DNA of 63,001 nucleotides, counting the filler, from Octopus bimaculoides (lineage: Eukaryota): assembly GCF_001194135.2 (NCBI RefSeq). It is 4 parts of 4 records of this genome, joined end to end, with 100 filler letters (N's around TTAATTAATTAA, not from the genome) between each part and the next. Parts side by side here need not be neighbours in the genome. Positions count along the whole stretch, not along the records: positions 1 to 28,421 come from NC_068986.1; positions 28,522 to 57,588 come from NC_068995.1; 2 more parts are not named here. One strand, 5' to 3'. How positions within the stretch are numbered: the first letter of the stretch is position 1; every line of letters begins with the position of its first letter. A model generated the notes under the pieces. The model was not told where the DNA came from. It saw only the letters and a list, made by a program, of their open reading frames with translations, and made no database searches. Both the position numbers and the translations under genes were made by a program. This document shows positions 27,901-42,523 of the stretch, one piece after another.

Positions 27901-28421
27901 TCGTGGAAAAGAAATCATCGAATCACCTGCATTACCATTTCATATTGTGAATGCGCAGATTTTTCTTAAGCCACAGAAAAATCAAGGCGGTACCCCAGCA
28001 TGGCCACAGTCTAATGACTGAAACAAGTAAAAGATAAAAGATACTAATATATGTACATATAAATGTACATTTAGGTGTTTTCGCTGAATAAACACTCACA
28101 ACGCCCGGTCTGGGAATCGAAACCGCGATCCTATGACTGCGAGTCCGCTGCCCTAACCACTGGGCCATTGCGCTTCCACTACATACATACATACATACAT
28201 ACATACATACATACATACATACATACGCACACACATACATACAAACTTACATATATACATACAAAGCAATTATTGGGATAAGCAAATTAGACACATCAAA
28301 TATATTAAATATACTAAGTACTTCAAATACAAAATATGTATATAACTGTACATGCAAAACGAGAAAAAGCAATAAATGGAAACTTTCAGATGAAGAATGA
28401 TGAATTTATATGCATATATAT

Positions 28422-28521
28422 NNNNNNNNNNNNNNNNNNNNNNNNNNNNNNNNNNNNNNNNNNNNTTAATTAATTAANNNNNNNNNNNNNNNNNNNNNNN
28501 NNNNNNNNNNNNNNNNNNNNN
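28422..28521. other. Artificial scaffold join (44 N + TTAATTAATTAA + 44 N)
   Basis: Exactly 100 bp; the 12-mer has stops in all six frames; the same construct occurs three times. Confidence 0.95.
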
Positions 28522-28699
28522 TTATATATATATATACATATATTAAATTACATATATGTATATAAATGGATGTGTATTTTTCCCTTGTTAACAATTAACA
28601 CGGAAAAAATAGATGAATAGTTACCAGGGTAGCAAAATATCACACAAGCATAAAGGGTGTAACTCCTTGTTTTTTAAAGGTAGAAACTCCGGGTTTACG

Positions 28700-30540
28700 T
28701 GGAACATTTTGCATAATATATATGAATGAAATCTATCATAAAGTTTGACAATAAGTTGTGTGTCCGTAAAGACACACCAGATGGTTTTGATGTTACAATG
28801 GGAAGTTCTGATTCAGTACAAGTAGCTGATTTAGTCTGTATATATATACATTTTGAAATGGTAGAACAGTTCCCAAACATAAATGGAGGTCTATATCGTG
28901 ATGATTGGTTACTTTACCTTCAAAATTTTCCCGACCAAAAAGTACAAAAAGTTAAGAATAGTTTAGTTAAGTTTTTTTCGCAGAATGGGCTTAAGCATCG
29001 TTTTTGATGATGATGTAACGAAGGCCAACATTTTAGATATTACACTTACCTTACACACTAATTCGTACTTCCCATACCACAAACCATCGACCAATCTTAA
29101 GTATATTAGCAAATTCAGTAATCATTCTAGGGCAATTACTAGGAACTTAGTTTAGAATATTTCATTTAGATTGACTAAGTTATCTGCTAATGTTGACATG
29201 TTCAATGATAAGGCCGAATTTTATTAATCTGCCTTACTTAAAGCAGGTTACCTACATTAATTCCATTCAATCTTATTCTATCTTTACTAAGGAGATATGA
29301 AATCTAGTTGTAAGGATATAAACGATCTCAATTTTAATTTCTACGCCAACACCAAACAGAGGAAGGGAGATAACCCTTATTTAAACCCCTATTTTCGTTC
29401 TAAAGGTAAATCTATGTCTTTCAAAGATAGTTACACTAAAAATAAGGTAACTAATAGTAAAACCATTTGGTTAATTATTCCTTATGGGAGGCAAATTAAA
29501 TCTAATGTTCCTTTGCAGTTTCGTGAAGCTATTATTAGGAATTTTCCAAAGAATTCTAGGTATTACTCTATTATCAACTCACTCACGGTTAGGATTGGTT
29601 TTTTCAACACAAAATATCTCTTACAAATTATCCCCTCACATAATATTAGCCTGTTAAATAGGGATACATTTACTGATACTAACATTAATTTAGCTAATAC
29701 CGTCCATCCCCCTAGAAATATTAATAACAAGGTTATTGTATCTGAAGCCAATTAGAACAGAATCAAGTTTATATCAAGTAACTCTAAAATTTAAAACTCT
29801 ATATACCAGAGTAAAATTACTTCTGGTAATGAAGTATTTTTTTATATAGGCAGTTCATCTTCTCTGCTATCTAAAAGAATTTCTAATCATTACTCTACAT
29901 TTAGGGATAGTAATAAACGTAACAGTACAGGGCTTAGTAAATTAATTTAGTATCTAAAAGACCACAATAAACAATTTAATTTCGATTGGTTGATTCTCTC
30001 AATTTCGATACCTTATGATAGAGGCAAGGAATTCTGTCTTCTCTGTAATTCTGAACTATTTTTTATTCTTTTTTCTAAGAATCCCAATGTAAACACGGTT
30101 ATAGAGCGTGCATACCAATGGGAACATTGGCAGAAACACACCTTTAGTTCATGTAAGTGATATCTATCGTTATATATAATTTAAACATTACTTTTCTTCT
30201 TACATTTCACATTCACTAGATATATCTTTTTCCAAGACTTTAGAGTTTTATTTAATTTACATATCGTTACATACTTCTCATTTATTTGGGGTTCTTTTCT
30301 TTCCTTTACCACACCGCTTTCTATAGGCTACCTTTGACGTTATATCTTCTAACGTTGTTTTTTAAAACAAACTTAATAGTGTTCAGTTAGTCACTATAAA
30401 TATCTATCATATTCTGTTAAAATGGATTATTGACGAGTTTCATATCTTTATGTCTCTGAAGAGAAGATTACATTGTTTTACAACATTTTATTCCTTTGGA
30501 ATAATACCAGTGATATCTTCGAAACATGTGTCGGAAGTAA
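28700..30540 (+). mobile_element. Decayed Penelope-like retroelement (RT, GIY-YIG endonuclease and 3' pseudo-LTR)
   Basis: RT motifs FDVTMGSSDSVQVADLV and GLYRDD, then KANILDITL and PYHKP-YISKFSNH. Linker IWLIIPY-FPKN. Endonuclease IYQSKITSGNEVFFYIGSS-KRISNHYSTF-NSTGLSK and CLLCNSE. Several stops. Hammerhead motif at the 3' end. Ends approximate. Confidence 0.88.
30451..30536 (+). ncRNA. Minimal type I hammerhead ribozyme motif in the Penelope pseudo-LTR
   Basis: CTGAAGA at 30456-30462; stem II GAAGAT/ATCTTC (30463-68 with 30515-20); GAAA at 30521-24; 2-bp stem III overlapping palindromic ACATGT; GTC cleavage triplet at 30530-32; weak 3-bp stem I (TCT/GGA). Confidence 0.72.
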
Positions 30541-30567
30541 AAGAATTTGAATAACACCTGCGTTTAA

Positions 30568-30625
<58 letters not shown>

Positions 30626-31242
30626 GCACACATACATGTGTGTGTCCATGTTTCTGTTGTGTTCAAAATTCGACTGTCTTCTAGTTTTATCTGTTTTTAT
30701 CAATTTTTTTCAAACCCCTTGCAGTTTATTTACGAGAGTATAGTTCCCAAATCCACCATCAATATTTCTAAGCTTTTGATCTCATTTTCTGGATGACGTG
30801 ATGCTGGCTCATGCTGCTTCCTCTTTATTAGTAGACAACGTAAATGTAATTGGTGTAGACATTACATTCTTGACCGTCAGATATATTCATTATCGATCGG
30901 ATATTTATTTTCGTTTGTGACTGATATATGTTGTCACTATTTATTTCAGCATTGTTGTGTGCTATGGGTATTGCTTCCATTATTATAACTTTCACTCTTT
31001 ACAACTTTGCAATCGAATTTGTAAATATCATTGGTTATCGATAACTTGTTCGCGGGTTTACATCCAGAAAATACAACTAGAAAATTCTAGTAACGTTGAT
31101 GACGGTTTTGGTAACTTTGCTGTTCCTAACAAAATACCAAGAACACTTGCTAAAATATCAACATAGAATTATAATGTTGAAAAGCAAAAGTAGAAAATAC
31201 TCGTATTTTCAATACATTTCTAAAAGAAAAAATGTTCTCTAT

Positions 31243-31597
31243 AGGCGCAGTGTGATAAGAAGCTTCCTTCCCAACTACATGGTTCCGGATTCAGTCCCAT
31301 TGCGTGGAAACTTGAACCAATGTCTTCTACTATAGCTTCAAACCGACCAAAACCTTATTGTATATATATATATATATCCGTGTGTGTATGCGTCTGTGCT
31401 TGTATCCCACCGCCGCTTGACAACCGCTGTCGGTTTGTTTACGTCCCGTAACATAGCGGTTCGGCAAAAAGAGCCCCATAGAATAAGTACCAGACTTAAA
31501 AAAATAAGTATTATTGTAGATTCAATCGATTAAAACGTTCTTCAAGGCGGTGCCCCGGCATGGCCACAGTCTAATGACCGAAACACATAAAAGATAA
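31243..31597 (+). mobile_element. SINE family A, full length
   Basis: GGTTCCGGATTCAGTCCC B-box-like head; tail ATGGCCACAGTCTAATGACCGAAAC. Confidence 0.85.
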
Positions 31598-33121
31598 GTT
31601 GAAATATATTTTGTGCCTTTGTATGTGTTGTGAAATCATGGCCCTGCATCTAGAAAATTTCCCATTAGTTTGTGTTTAGAGAGCACTATGGGGTGTCACA
31701 GAAGTGTCCTTTCAACGAAGCAGGCCTGGGCAGGATGGCATAAAAAGCCAGTAGTTGTCTATGCAGCAGGTATCCCCTTTCCATGCTTCGACGTCTGCCC
31801 AAGAGAAAGTAAAGAGATGATACAGTTTAGCGTGGTATTGTTACAGAAGCTACTAGAATTCAACTGAACACGAACCAAGGTCTCCAGCTCTTGAATTGTA
31901 GTCAGATTGAATTCAGTAATTTCTATCAACGAAGTCTTTTTTCTTTCTTTCGTTCTTTCTTTCTTTCTTCCTTTTTCTTTTTTATATCTACCCCGAAGAG
32001 AGGAAAGGTAAAGTTGACCTTGACATGATTCGAACGGAGAATATAAAGAGACGGAACATATACAAGTCATTTTGTCCAACACACTAACGATTTTATCATT
32101 GCCTGGTCTACAACATACACACGCGCACGCACACACACACACGTACACACATATATAAATATGCTTTCACGCATGTGTGTAATCATTTATATAGGTGGGT
32201 GTGAGTAATTATATGTATATAAATAAATGTATCTATACAGACACGCAGGTATGAGAAAGAGAAAGAGAGAGAGAGAGAGAGATGGGTGAAGGCAGATAGA
32301 TATAAAAACTGTCGACTGAAATGTTAGAAATATTTATTGTAATTTATTTTAAAGCGGTCTGTACCAAATTTCTACATGTACTGAGACATAGCAAATAATC
32401 TATTGAGAACTATCGGTCAGATTCTTACAACACAGGCAAGTTGTTTTAACACTTCCCGTCAATTCCAGATGACATCATGACGGGTTCACATACACACATA
32501 CATACATACATACACACATACATGCATGTACATATGTGTGCATGTGCGTAGTTGAATAAAATTCTAATAAAAGCCTTTTATTATGCTACACAAAGCTCGT
32601 CCACAGATATTGGATACTGAATGTTATCATAGAATGGGAATACTCCTATCATTGGATATACATCCGGAATTCCATAGTATCTGTAGAGTTTACTTAAAGA
32701 GATGCATAAGAGACAATGGACTGAATGACATTCTTTATTTCATATCACTGCAATTGTTTCCACTCATCGTCACAAACGGAGTACATTGGTGAAATTATAT
32801 AATTAACATATTGCGTAATCACTACCATCCCTCAAACGTGACTATTTCGAATAATTCTTTCGTTAGATCAGACTGTCATTTCACTTTAGATCAGAATGAA
32901 TACACAAACCAGCGTGCTACTTTAAGCAAACTGCAGACAAAGCTAAATCCCAAAGATAAAATGACAGACAAAACAAAAGTATAATCAAAATACCAAATAC
33001 AAAAACAAAGAAACAGACACAAAACCTTCCATATTCAGTTAACTATTCATTTCTGGTTTTATTTCTACTTAATCATTTTGATGACGTCTCCAATATGAAG
33101 CTTTCTAATTTCCACTATATA

Positions 33122-34435
33122 TCAGGTCATGCCATAAGTTCTGTCCGATTTTACCTTTTTTTAAAATTGAATGAAATTTAATAGTATTTTAGAATGTCTA
33201 ATGAAATTAAGAATTATTTTTATGCATTTGTGTACATTTAAACTAATTAAATATTATTTTACAGAATAATAGAATTAAAATTTCTTTGATTAAAACCCTT
33301 TCTATCATGAGTATCCAAAGAGCATTTGAGGCACGTAATGCTTTATGAGTATTAAAAAAAAGGTAACTCTGCAGCCGAAGCAACTCGAAACATACACTCA
33401 GCTTATGGGAAAGAATGCTTGAATGAAAGAAATTGTAGAAGATGCTTTGCAAAATTCAGAAGTCGAGATTTCAGCCTTGAAGATGAAGATCGAACAGGAC
33501 GTCCAGTTGAGTTTGATGATAAGCTCCTTGAGGAATTACTTGAAGAAAATCCTGCATTATCAGTTGAAGAATTGGCAATAAAGCTTAGTTCAAACCATAC
33601 AACTGTTCATTGTCATCTTCAACAACTTGGAAAGGTTCCTAAACTTGGAAAATGGGTGCCTCATGGACTGTCCGAAAGCAACCGCAAATCCCGAGTTGAC
33701 ATCTGCTCNNNNNNNNNNNNNNNNNNNNNNNNNNNNNNNNNNNNNNNNNNNNNNNNNNNNNNNNNNNNNNNNNNNNNNNNNNNNNNNNNNNNNNNNNNNN
33801 NNNNNNNNNNNNNNNNNNNNNNNNNNNNNNNNNNNNNNNNNNNNNNNNNNNNNNNNNNNNNNNNNNNNNNNNNNNNNNNNNNNNNNNNNNNNNNNNNNNN
33901 NNNNNNNNNNNNNNNNNNNNNNNNNNNNNNNNNNNNNNNNNNNNNNNNNNNNNNNNNNNNNNNNNNNNNNNNNNNNNNNNNNNNNNNNNNNNNNNNNNNN
34001 NNNNNNNNNNNNNNNNNNNNNNNNNNNNNNNNNNNNNNNNNNNNNNNNNNNNNNNNNNNNNNNNNNNNNNNNNNNNNNNNNNNNNNNNNNNNNNNNNNNN
34101 NNNNNNNNNNNNNNNNNNNNNNNNNNNNNNNNNNNNNNNNNNNNNATTCTTCTAACCTTGTTCCTTCAGACTATCATTTGTTTTGTGGTTTACAGAATCA
34201 TTTGGGGGACATAACTTTCGCAAGCCAGGAGAAGGTCGAAACTGACATTTCAGAGTTCTTAGTTTTGAAATCAAAAGAGTTTTACATTGATGGGATTAAA
34301 AAGCTTGTAAATAGATGGAAGGAAATCATAGATAATCAGGGAAAGTACATTGATGATTAAATTTCAATTAAATATAACATTTGATCACTTGTTTTCTTTA
34401 TTCAAAATTCGGACAGAACTTATGGGATGACCTAA
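33122..34435 (+). mobile_element. Full-length mariner (Tc1/mariner) DNA transposon with a disrupted transposase
   Basis: About 30-bp TIRs (TCAGGTCATGCCATAAGTTCTGTCCGATTTT at left, AAAATTCGGACAGAACTTATGGGATGACCTAA at right), TA on both sides, length 1314 bp including an N gap. Transposase motifs EHLRHVMLYEY*KKGNSAAEATRNI, EDRTGRP, KLGKWVPHGL, SSNLVPSDYHLF and GIKKLVNRWKEIIDNQGKYIDD. A frameshift and stop near the start make it a pseudogene. Confidence 0.95.
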
Positions 34436-35109
34436 TATATGTATTTATATGTATCCCTGTGATGCAATGTTGTATGTAGAAGTACTTGTTGCCAAGTATC
34501 TATGTGTATTAATATCGGACGACAGGAAAAAATGCTTATATATCTACAATAATGATAACATACATTATTAGCTAACTGTGGATGTGTGTGAATAGATAAA
34601 TATAGTCATATAAAACTAAACCTATGTAAATTCTAGTCAATAAACATTGTCGTGATTTTTCGTTGCTCATGGACTAAGAACTCATCAAATATTAATATTT
34701 ATATACATTGTAAAAATAGTTAGAATGTAAGTAGTATGTATGTGTGCATATATAAATATATATATGCGTGTGGAGGGTGTATGAAAGCAGTTTGTATGTA
34801 GGTATATGAAAGAATATAACTTATTTTCTAAATGGTTTTAAAAAAGTATGAAATAGCTAAACACTCATAAATTAACTTTCTATAGTAACTGATTCTGGTG
34901 TTGGATGGGGTACTTAAGACCCCTTTCAAGTATACGAGAATGATCAGTCCTTGTCTTCTTCAGTTTATCACATTATTATCTTTAATTCCATTCTGTATTT
35001 TTTCATTTTCCGTCCGATAGAATTGTATTTTATAGTTAACTGGACATGGAAGTTTCTTGTTTTTGCATTTTGCGTCGAGAGTTGAACACTATCCAATTGT
35101 TCTGTTAAC

Positions 35110-35530
35110 GATTTCAAGATGTGCTCGAGGGCCTATGTGCTATACGAGGTAGTCTGCAGTAAAGGCGGGGAACCCTACATTGGAAGCATCACAAGGAAAA
35201 TGCACGTTCGAATAAAAAAAAAACATATGCGACAGATACTTCAACCAAAAAAACACCTAAAGAAGTGCTAGACCCAGAATTTTAAGGTACTTATCAGGGC
35301 CACTCAACAAAACAGAGGCAATCTCAGAATCACGGTGGCCTTCCTCATCAACTAACTGAGCCAAGTCATAAATAACAGAAAAGAACTACATTAAACAGAC
35401 TGGTTACTTTGGCAACACCAGTCTGTGCATATCACCTCCCACCCCAACACATCTGAGCAACGACCTTTCCCATCCCTCGCTTTTCCACATATATTGAAGA
35501 AGTAATAGCCCCGAAATATAGACATATAAG
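35110..35530 (+). mobile_element. Penelope-like GIY-YIG 3' fragment with a degenerate hammerhead
   Basis: YVLYEVVCSKGGEPYIGSITRKMHVRI at about 35132-35213; TTGAAGAAGTAATAGCCCCGAAATATAGAC at about 35494-35523. Confidence 0.6.
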
Positions 35531-35615
35531 GTGAAACCACAATTTTGTTTTGTTTTGTTTTCTTTTTTGTACTTTATGTCTTCTTGCATTGTCCTGGATT
35601 TACCCAATAAGTCTC

Positions 35616-35657
<42 letters not shown>

Positions 35658-36355
35658 TCTTTACTCTTTTNNNNNNNNNNNNNNNNNNNNNNNNNNNNNN
35701 NNNNNNNNNNNNNNNNNNNNNNNNNNNNNNNNNNNNNNNNNNNNNNNNNNNNNNNNNNNNNNNNNNNNNNNNNNNNNNNNNNNNNNNNNNNNNNNNNNNN
35801 NNNNNNNNNNNNNNNNNNNNNNNNNNNNNNNNNNNNNNNNNNNNNNNNNNNNNNNNNNNNNNNNNNNNNNNNNNNNNNNNNNNNNNNNNNNNNNNNNNNN
35901 NNNNNNNNNNNNNNNNNNNNNNNNNNNNNNNNNNNNNNNNNNNNNNNNNNNNNNNNNNNNNNNNNNNNNNNNNNNNNNNNNNNNNNNNNNNNNNNNNNNN
36001 NNNNNNNNNNNNNNNNNNNNNNNNNNNNNNNNNNNNNNNNNNNNNNNNNNNNNNNNNNNNNNNNNNNNNNNNNNNNNNNNNNNNNNNNNNNNNNNNNNNN
36101 NNNNNNNNNNNNNNNNNNNNNNNNNNNNNNNNNNNNNNNNNNNNNNNNNNNNNNNNNNNNNNNNNNNNNNNNNNNNNNNNNNNNNNNNNNNNNNNNNNNN
36201 NNNNNNNNNNNNNNNNNNNNNNNNNNNNNNNNNNNNNNNNNNNNNNNNNNNNNNNNNNNNNNNNNNNNNNNNNNNNNNNNNNNNNNNNNNNNNNNNNNNN
36301 NNNNNNNNNNNNNNNNNNNNNNNNNNNNNNNNNNNNNNNNNNNNNNNNNNNNNNN

Positions 36356-36391
<36 letters not shown>

Positions 36392-36585
36392 TGTGTGTGT
36401 CTGTGTGTGTGTGCACATGCGCGTGAGACCATAGTGACTAACAAGTTTTGATTAAAACCATGAGAATTTTAAGTGCAACACAGACTTCAACACAACACAG
36501 ACTTCAAAAAAAGGCTATATGTAAATATATATATTATGTATAGTTATTTTTGTTGCTGTTTGTGTACGCGCGCGTTGTGTCGGTG

Positions 36586-36665
<80 letters not shown>

Positions 36666-36849
36666 CGTGCGTGTGTGTGTGTTTCTGTCTTTCATCATAT
36701 AGACAACGCAAGGCAGACTTTGAATAATTTATGAAGGTACATTCAGGATTAACAAATAGTTTTGCCGGCAGCATAGCAATGGAACGACCTAGTTGAGTAT
36801 AAAGCTGTACCTAATTCTACTCTAAAGGTAATCAACCGGAAGACTGGTG

Positions 36850-37560
36850 ACTAGCTTTTTGACCTTAGTCTGGAGGACAGGACTGAACCCTTTGAGCCCA
36901 GACCACAGAGCTGATTTTGTTGCAAACCCTTCTGCTTGTTTCATTTGTCCCTCCGGCTCTGATATAGGTCGAATAAGTAAAGTTATTATAGATGAGATAT
37001 CACGGAACCTATGTGTTAAAATTCATTTACATTATCTAAACTAGAAGATAACCATTGAAGTATCCACTAGATAAGATCGTAACCCCGTAAGAATCAATGC
37101 AAGTATAAACAAGTGGACATTATTATTCAAGTGTATAACTCATTCTTCTTAACAAGGCCCTCGTCTTCGCTCTTAAGAATTCGGATTTCACTCGGAAGGA
37201 TGTAGATATAATCCTGACGGCCCGCTGCTCTGTAATTAAGTTCGACATGAGATTATGAGCCTGTAAGGACAACCCTGATAATTTTGACAACCCGATGAGG
37301 TTGAGCGACTCGACGCAGGTGACCGACCTCATGGAATGTTATTTCTCTACAGTCTTCGAGATTTTTTTCTGTTCTTTCCGGTGGTCTTTATAAGGATGAC
37401 GCTCTGTTTACGGTCCAGGGCTGTAGTAATAGCGAAGTCGAGCCGTATAGAAAATGGATTGGATCTTTCTTTAAGAACTTGGGCTTTAGTGTCCCTTTTT
37501 GTCTTAACCTTAAATCTGCTGACTTCCTAGATCCCTATAACTCTTTCCATCCATATCTTA
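36850..37560 (+). mobile_element. Second decayed Penelope-like RT fragment, same family as 28700-30540
   Basis: DHRADFVANPSACFICPSGSDIGRISKVIIDEI, DVDIILTARCSVIKFD, FDNPMRLSDSTQVTDLM, GGLYKDD and NLKSADFLD are collinear with the first copy. Stops and frameshifts present. Confidence 0.8.
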
Positions 37561-38066
37561 AACCGGGTGAGAACCTTAACTCTGTAAACTGCCTATCTAT
37601 CACCCCATTCTGTCCTGAAATCTATCGTTGGCAGCGTATCTTATAGAATTTTTTCACTGTCAGCGAATATTGAAATATTTGTTGAATAAGCTGATTATTA
37701 TAACAGTGCGCAAAGCAGAGCTGGCTAGAGTAGCAAAATTAAATACATTCCAATCTGGAGTGACTCACGTCCTTCGGTACTTGGTAGGTGATGTTGATAA
37801 ACCACAAAAATGGCGAAATACTGGTGTCCGTCATTTCTGAATGAGGTCTGGGGTGAGTTATGTCGCTTTTCTATGATTTTCATGTATTTTAACACCCAGT
37901 GCAATGAGGGAGTCATCCTTCAGGCGCTCTACCGCAGCGAACCGGCGAAGAAGCAAAACATACATTGAGTATGTGCAGCCGATAATGTTTACAATACTCA
38001 AGTTGCTACTAATTCGTTACTGAACATACATACATACATACATACATACATACATACATTCATACA

Positions 38067-38100
<34 letters not shown>

Positions 38101-38200
38101 CATGGTTTCAATCCCACTGTGTAGCACCTTGGGCAACCGCTTTACTATAGCTCTAGGACGTCGACCAAAGCCTTGTAAGTAGATCGGGAAAGAAGCTATG

Positions 38201-38231
<31 letters not shown>

Positions 38232-38700
38232 ATACATATGTGTGTATGTATATATGTATGTATGCATGCATGTATGTATATATGTACGTACGTATATGTG
38301 TATATATAAACACAGAGAGGGATAGTACGATAGAAAAATATAGTTAGACTTGATACATGTATTTACATGGAACACAAAAAATATATAAATAAAGAAAATA
38401 TATACCGAGAGAGAAAATGCATAATTTCTTTATATATATCTTTCTTTACTTTCACTCTATACTTTTTCATTATTGTATGATCTGTATTTTGTACTCCATG
38501 TAAACTTATGTACCAAGACAAACTGTGCTTATTTATCTTTCTACCTTCATAACAGTTTGACTTAGATTTTTCTTATTACCACTCTTGTTGCTGTAGACCT
38601 TTCCCCGGGTGAAGACGTCGGAGTTTAAGTTCAAATTCATTCGAACACTACTCTATGTTATCTCTGATAAGCTTATTTAGTTCTCACCAACTCATTGTAG

Positions 38701-38778
<78 letters not shown>

Positions 38779-39242
38779 AACTAATGTCTATTTTCTAAGT
38801 TGCCGTTTCCCAATTACTCAATTAGATTTAATATAATTAGACATGGAAAAATTTAGAAATTGATAACCGAAATACCGGCTGAATAATGAGATTCACTGTT
38901 AGATTGGTGATTAAATTGCAATAGTTGGACGTAGAGTGTAGTTGACAGATAGGTAGGATGAATTTTTGCAGTGACAATAGGCAAGTAGTCAGAAGATGTT
39001 GGGTTTGTATTATGAACGAACTTTTACAAGGAAAGAAACAATAATGGTAAGAAGGGAAGGGGGAAAGATTGGGAGAGAGGGAGAGAAAGTGAGAGAAAGA
39101 GAGAGAAAGAAGAGAGATAGAGAGAGGGAGAATCTGTGTAGCAGGGTTTGATGAAAAAACGATGGAAGGAGGATGAAGTAAAAAATCAGAAAGAGATAGA
39201 GATGTAGAGGGAATATTCAGCGATTAGATCACTACATTTGCT

Positions 39243-39400
39243 GTCGTGATTCACTAGAATATTACCCACGTGATTAAAAAATCTAACCAATCACGACTTC
39301 GTCTAGAACTAGCTCCAGCAACAATACCATTTTTTCAGCGCTTTTCTCTCTGAACCTATCCATCACTATAAATTCAGCACACCTTAGCTACTTGACAGAG
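39243..39400 (+). promoter_or_regulatory. Candidate RNA polymerase II promoter
   Basis: CACGTG at 39267-72, AACCAATCA with CCAAT at 39287-91, and TATAAA at 39367-72, in canonical order within apparently non-repetitive sequence. Motif evidence only. Confidence 0.35.
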
Positions 39401-39833
39401 AGCATTGGCAGACACCATAGGAGACAGCCAACAGAAAAAAGTGGACAGTAGCTGATCCGAGCTAACAACAAAAGTAATGAATAGTCGCAGGACGAAAGAC
39501 ATTAGAACTCAGTAATACGGCAAGCGCTAACCACACTTTGTCTGCTGCTACAATAACACCAATATCAATAACATTCAAACTCTCTCGACATTTTGTCGTT
39601 CGTAATAACACTTGATTTTTGTTTACGGGAAGACTAAAAATTTTGTTTATCATAAATCTCACAGATATCAGTGTTCTTCGTAGAACAGGTGACATTGGAC
39701 GCTAGAAATTGTGGTCAGCACATCGTACAGAGATATAAAGATATGTACTGAGAAGAAAGCAAAATAGAGAGAGAGACAAAACTGGGGAAGTGAGAGAGAT
39801 AAGAGAGACAGATAATCTACATAGCTGGAAGTC

Positions 39834-39894
<61 letters not shown>

Positions 39895-40699
39895 GAGAGT
39901 GAGAGAGTGAATGCACTGGTTAGTTGAATGTTAGTGAGAAAAACAGAGAAAAGGCGAGAAAAGCAATAGGTTCGGAGAACAATTTCAATTTCTCTCGCAC
40001 TGCCAATATATAATTATACCCAAACAGTATAACAAATATGATCGATATAAAATTGTTATCTGTGTGGAAATGAAGCATACTTATATCCATTAAAGCCTTG
40101 AAAATGCAATTTATACACAATTTTACTGTGGTGACATTTAAAGCATTTTCTGTCTATTATTCTGTCTAATTTTACATTTTGTTTCTTCGTAATTTGGATG
40201 ATTTTTAAGAATGTAGACATTTATGTAGAATCAGCTAATTAAAGCTTCGTGAAGTCTGACGAATTTCATGGTCCAATAGAACCTAAAGTTTGTTACAATT
40301 ATATTAACTATATATCTCTTTATAAATTAATAAAGCTATTAAGCAATAAAACAATGATGTGTAACTATACCAGTTATATACAAACAACAGTTGAAATTCT
40401 TGTTATTGAAACTTAGTAAAGAGATTTACTGTGGTTGAAACTAATCTATACCCTGGAAAAATGTGATATATGTGTATATATAGCCTCTGTATTGTAGACA
40501 AGTCAAACAAATCTCTTCGTGAGGAGAAAAATTGGGATTATCATTACTAGTTTCATTTCTATTTGGAGATTCATAACTGAAAATGGAGCCACTGTCTCAG
40601 TTAATAAGGAAATTTATAGCTTATAACTATTTATATGTAACACAAATCAGGATTCATCTAAAATAGCCGGTCTAATTTGCCTAACTGCATTCGTTCGTA

Positions 40700-40850
40700 A
40701 CAAGGTCAATTAATTCAAATTCCGCCGAGATTGACTGTCTTTAATACTTTTGAGGTCGATAAAATAAGTACCAGTTGTACACTGGTGTCGATGTAATCGA
40801 CTTACCACCGCCTGTAAAATTGCAGGCCTTGTGCCAAAATCCGATTGAAT
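40700..40850 (+). mobile_element. Partial SINE family B
   Basis: TTCAAATTCCGCCGAG-GTCGATAAAATAAGTACCAG-GGCCTTGTGCCAAAA. Confidence 0.75.
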
Positions 40851-41266
40851 TTGCGTCGCAGACTCGGTTTTTTTGGAACTTAATTATAACCATTGTACAG
40901 AGTTCAATTTAATCATTATAATAACAGTTGTAATAGTTGGAAGAATAATAAAACAGCATCGAATGCTAATCCAAGAAAAAATCACAATTGAGGTAATACT
41001 GTCTACCAGAAAATGTTAACAAAAATCAAAGAAAGTCACAATGAATATATATATGTATCTGACTGGATTACGAGAGAAAATTTTAGTTCCTTCGGGAAAC
41101 TTGAGTTGTGCTTGCGAATGCACACGTTTTATGTAAAGAATATTCTTTTCTTACAATGAATAATAGCGCTGAGCGTTGTTTAATAACAAAATTCATTCTT
41201 CAAACAGATACAATACAGAATCTTTTGAGAAACTGATGCATAAATAGTACAGAATATGAACACTGT

Positions 41267-41476
41267 AGGCGGCGAGCTGGCAGAATCGGTAGCACGCTGA
41301 ACGAAATGCTTAATGGTATTTCGCCCGTCGCTACAGTCTGAGTTCAAATTCCGCCGAGTTCGACTTTGTCTTTCATCCTTTCGGAGCCGATGAAATAAGT
41401 ATCAGTTACGCGCTGGAGTCGATGAAATCGACTATCTCCCTCCCCCAAATTTCAAGCCTTGTGCTTATAGTAGAAA
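41267..41476 (+). mobile_element. tRNA-derived SINE family B with a 16-bp target-site duplication
   Basis: GGCGGCGAGCTGGCAGAATCG-GAGTTCAAATTCCGCC head. Flanks AGAATATGAACACTGT (41251-66) and AGAATATGAACATTGT (41477-92). Confidence 0.9.
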
Positions 41477-41572
41477 AGAATATGAACATTGTAAAGTTTG
41501 CTAGCAATAGGATGTTCTATTATGACGCTGAGATTTGTAAAATAATAGACTATTCCACCACCACCACCTCTA

Positions 41573-42523
<951 letters not shown>

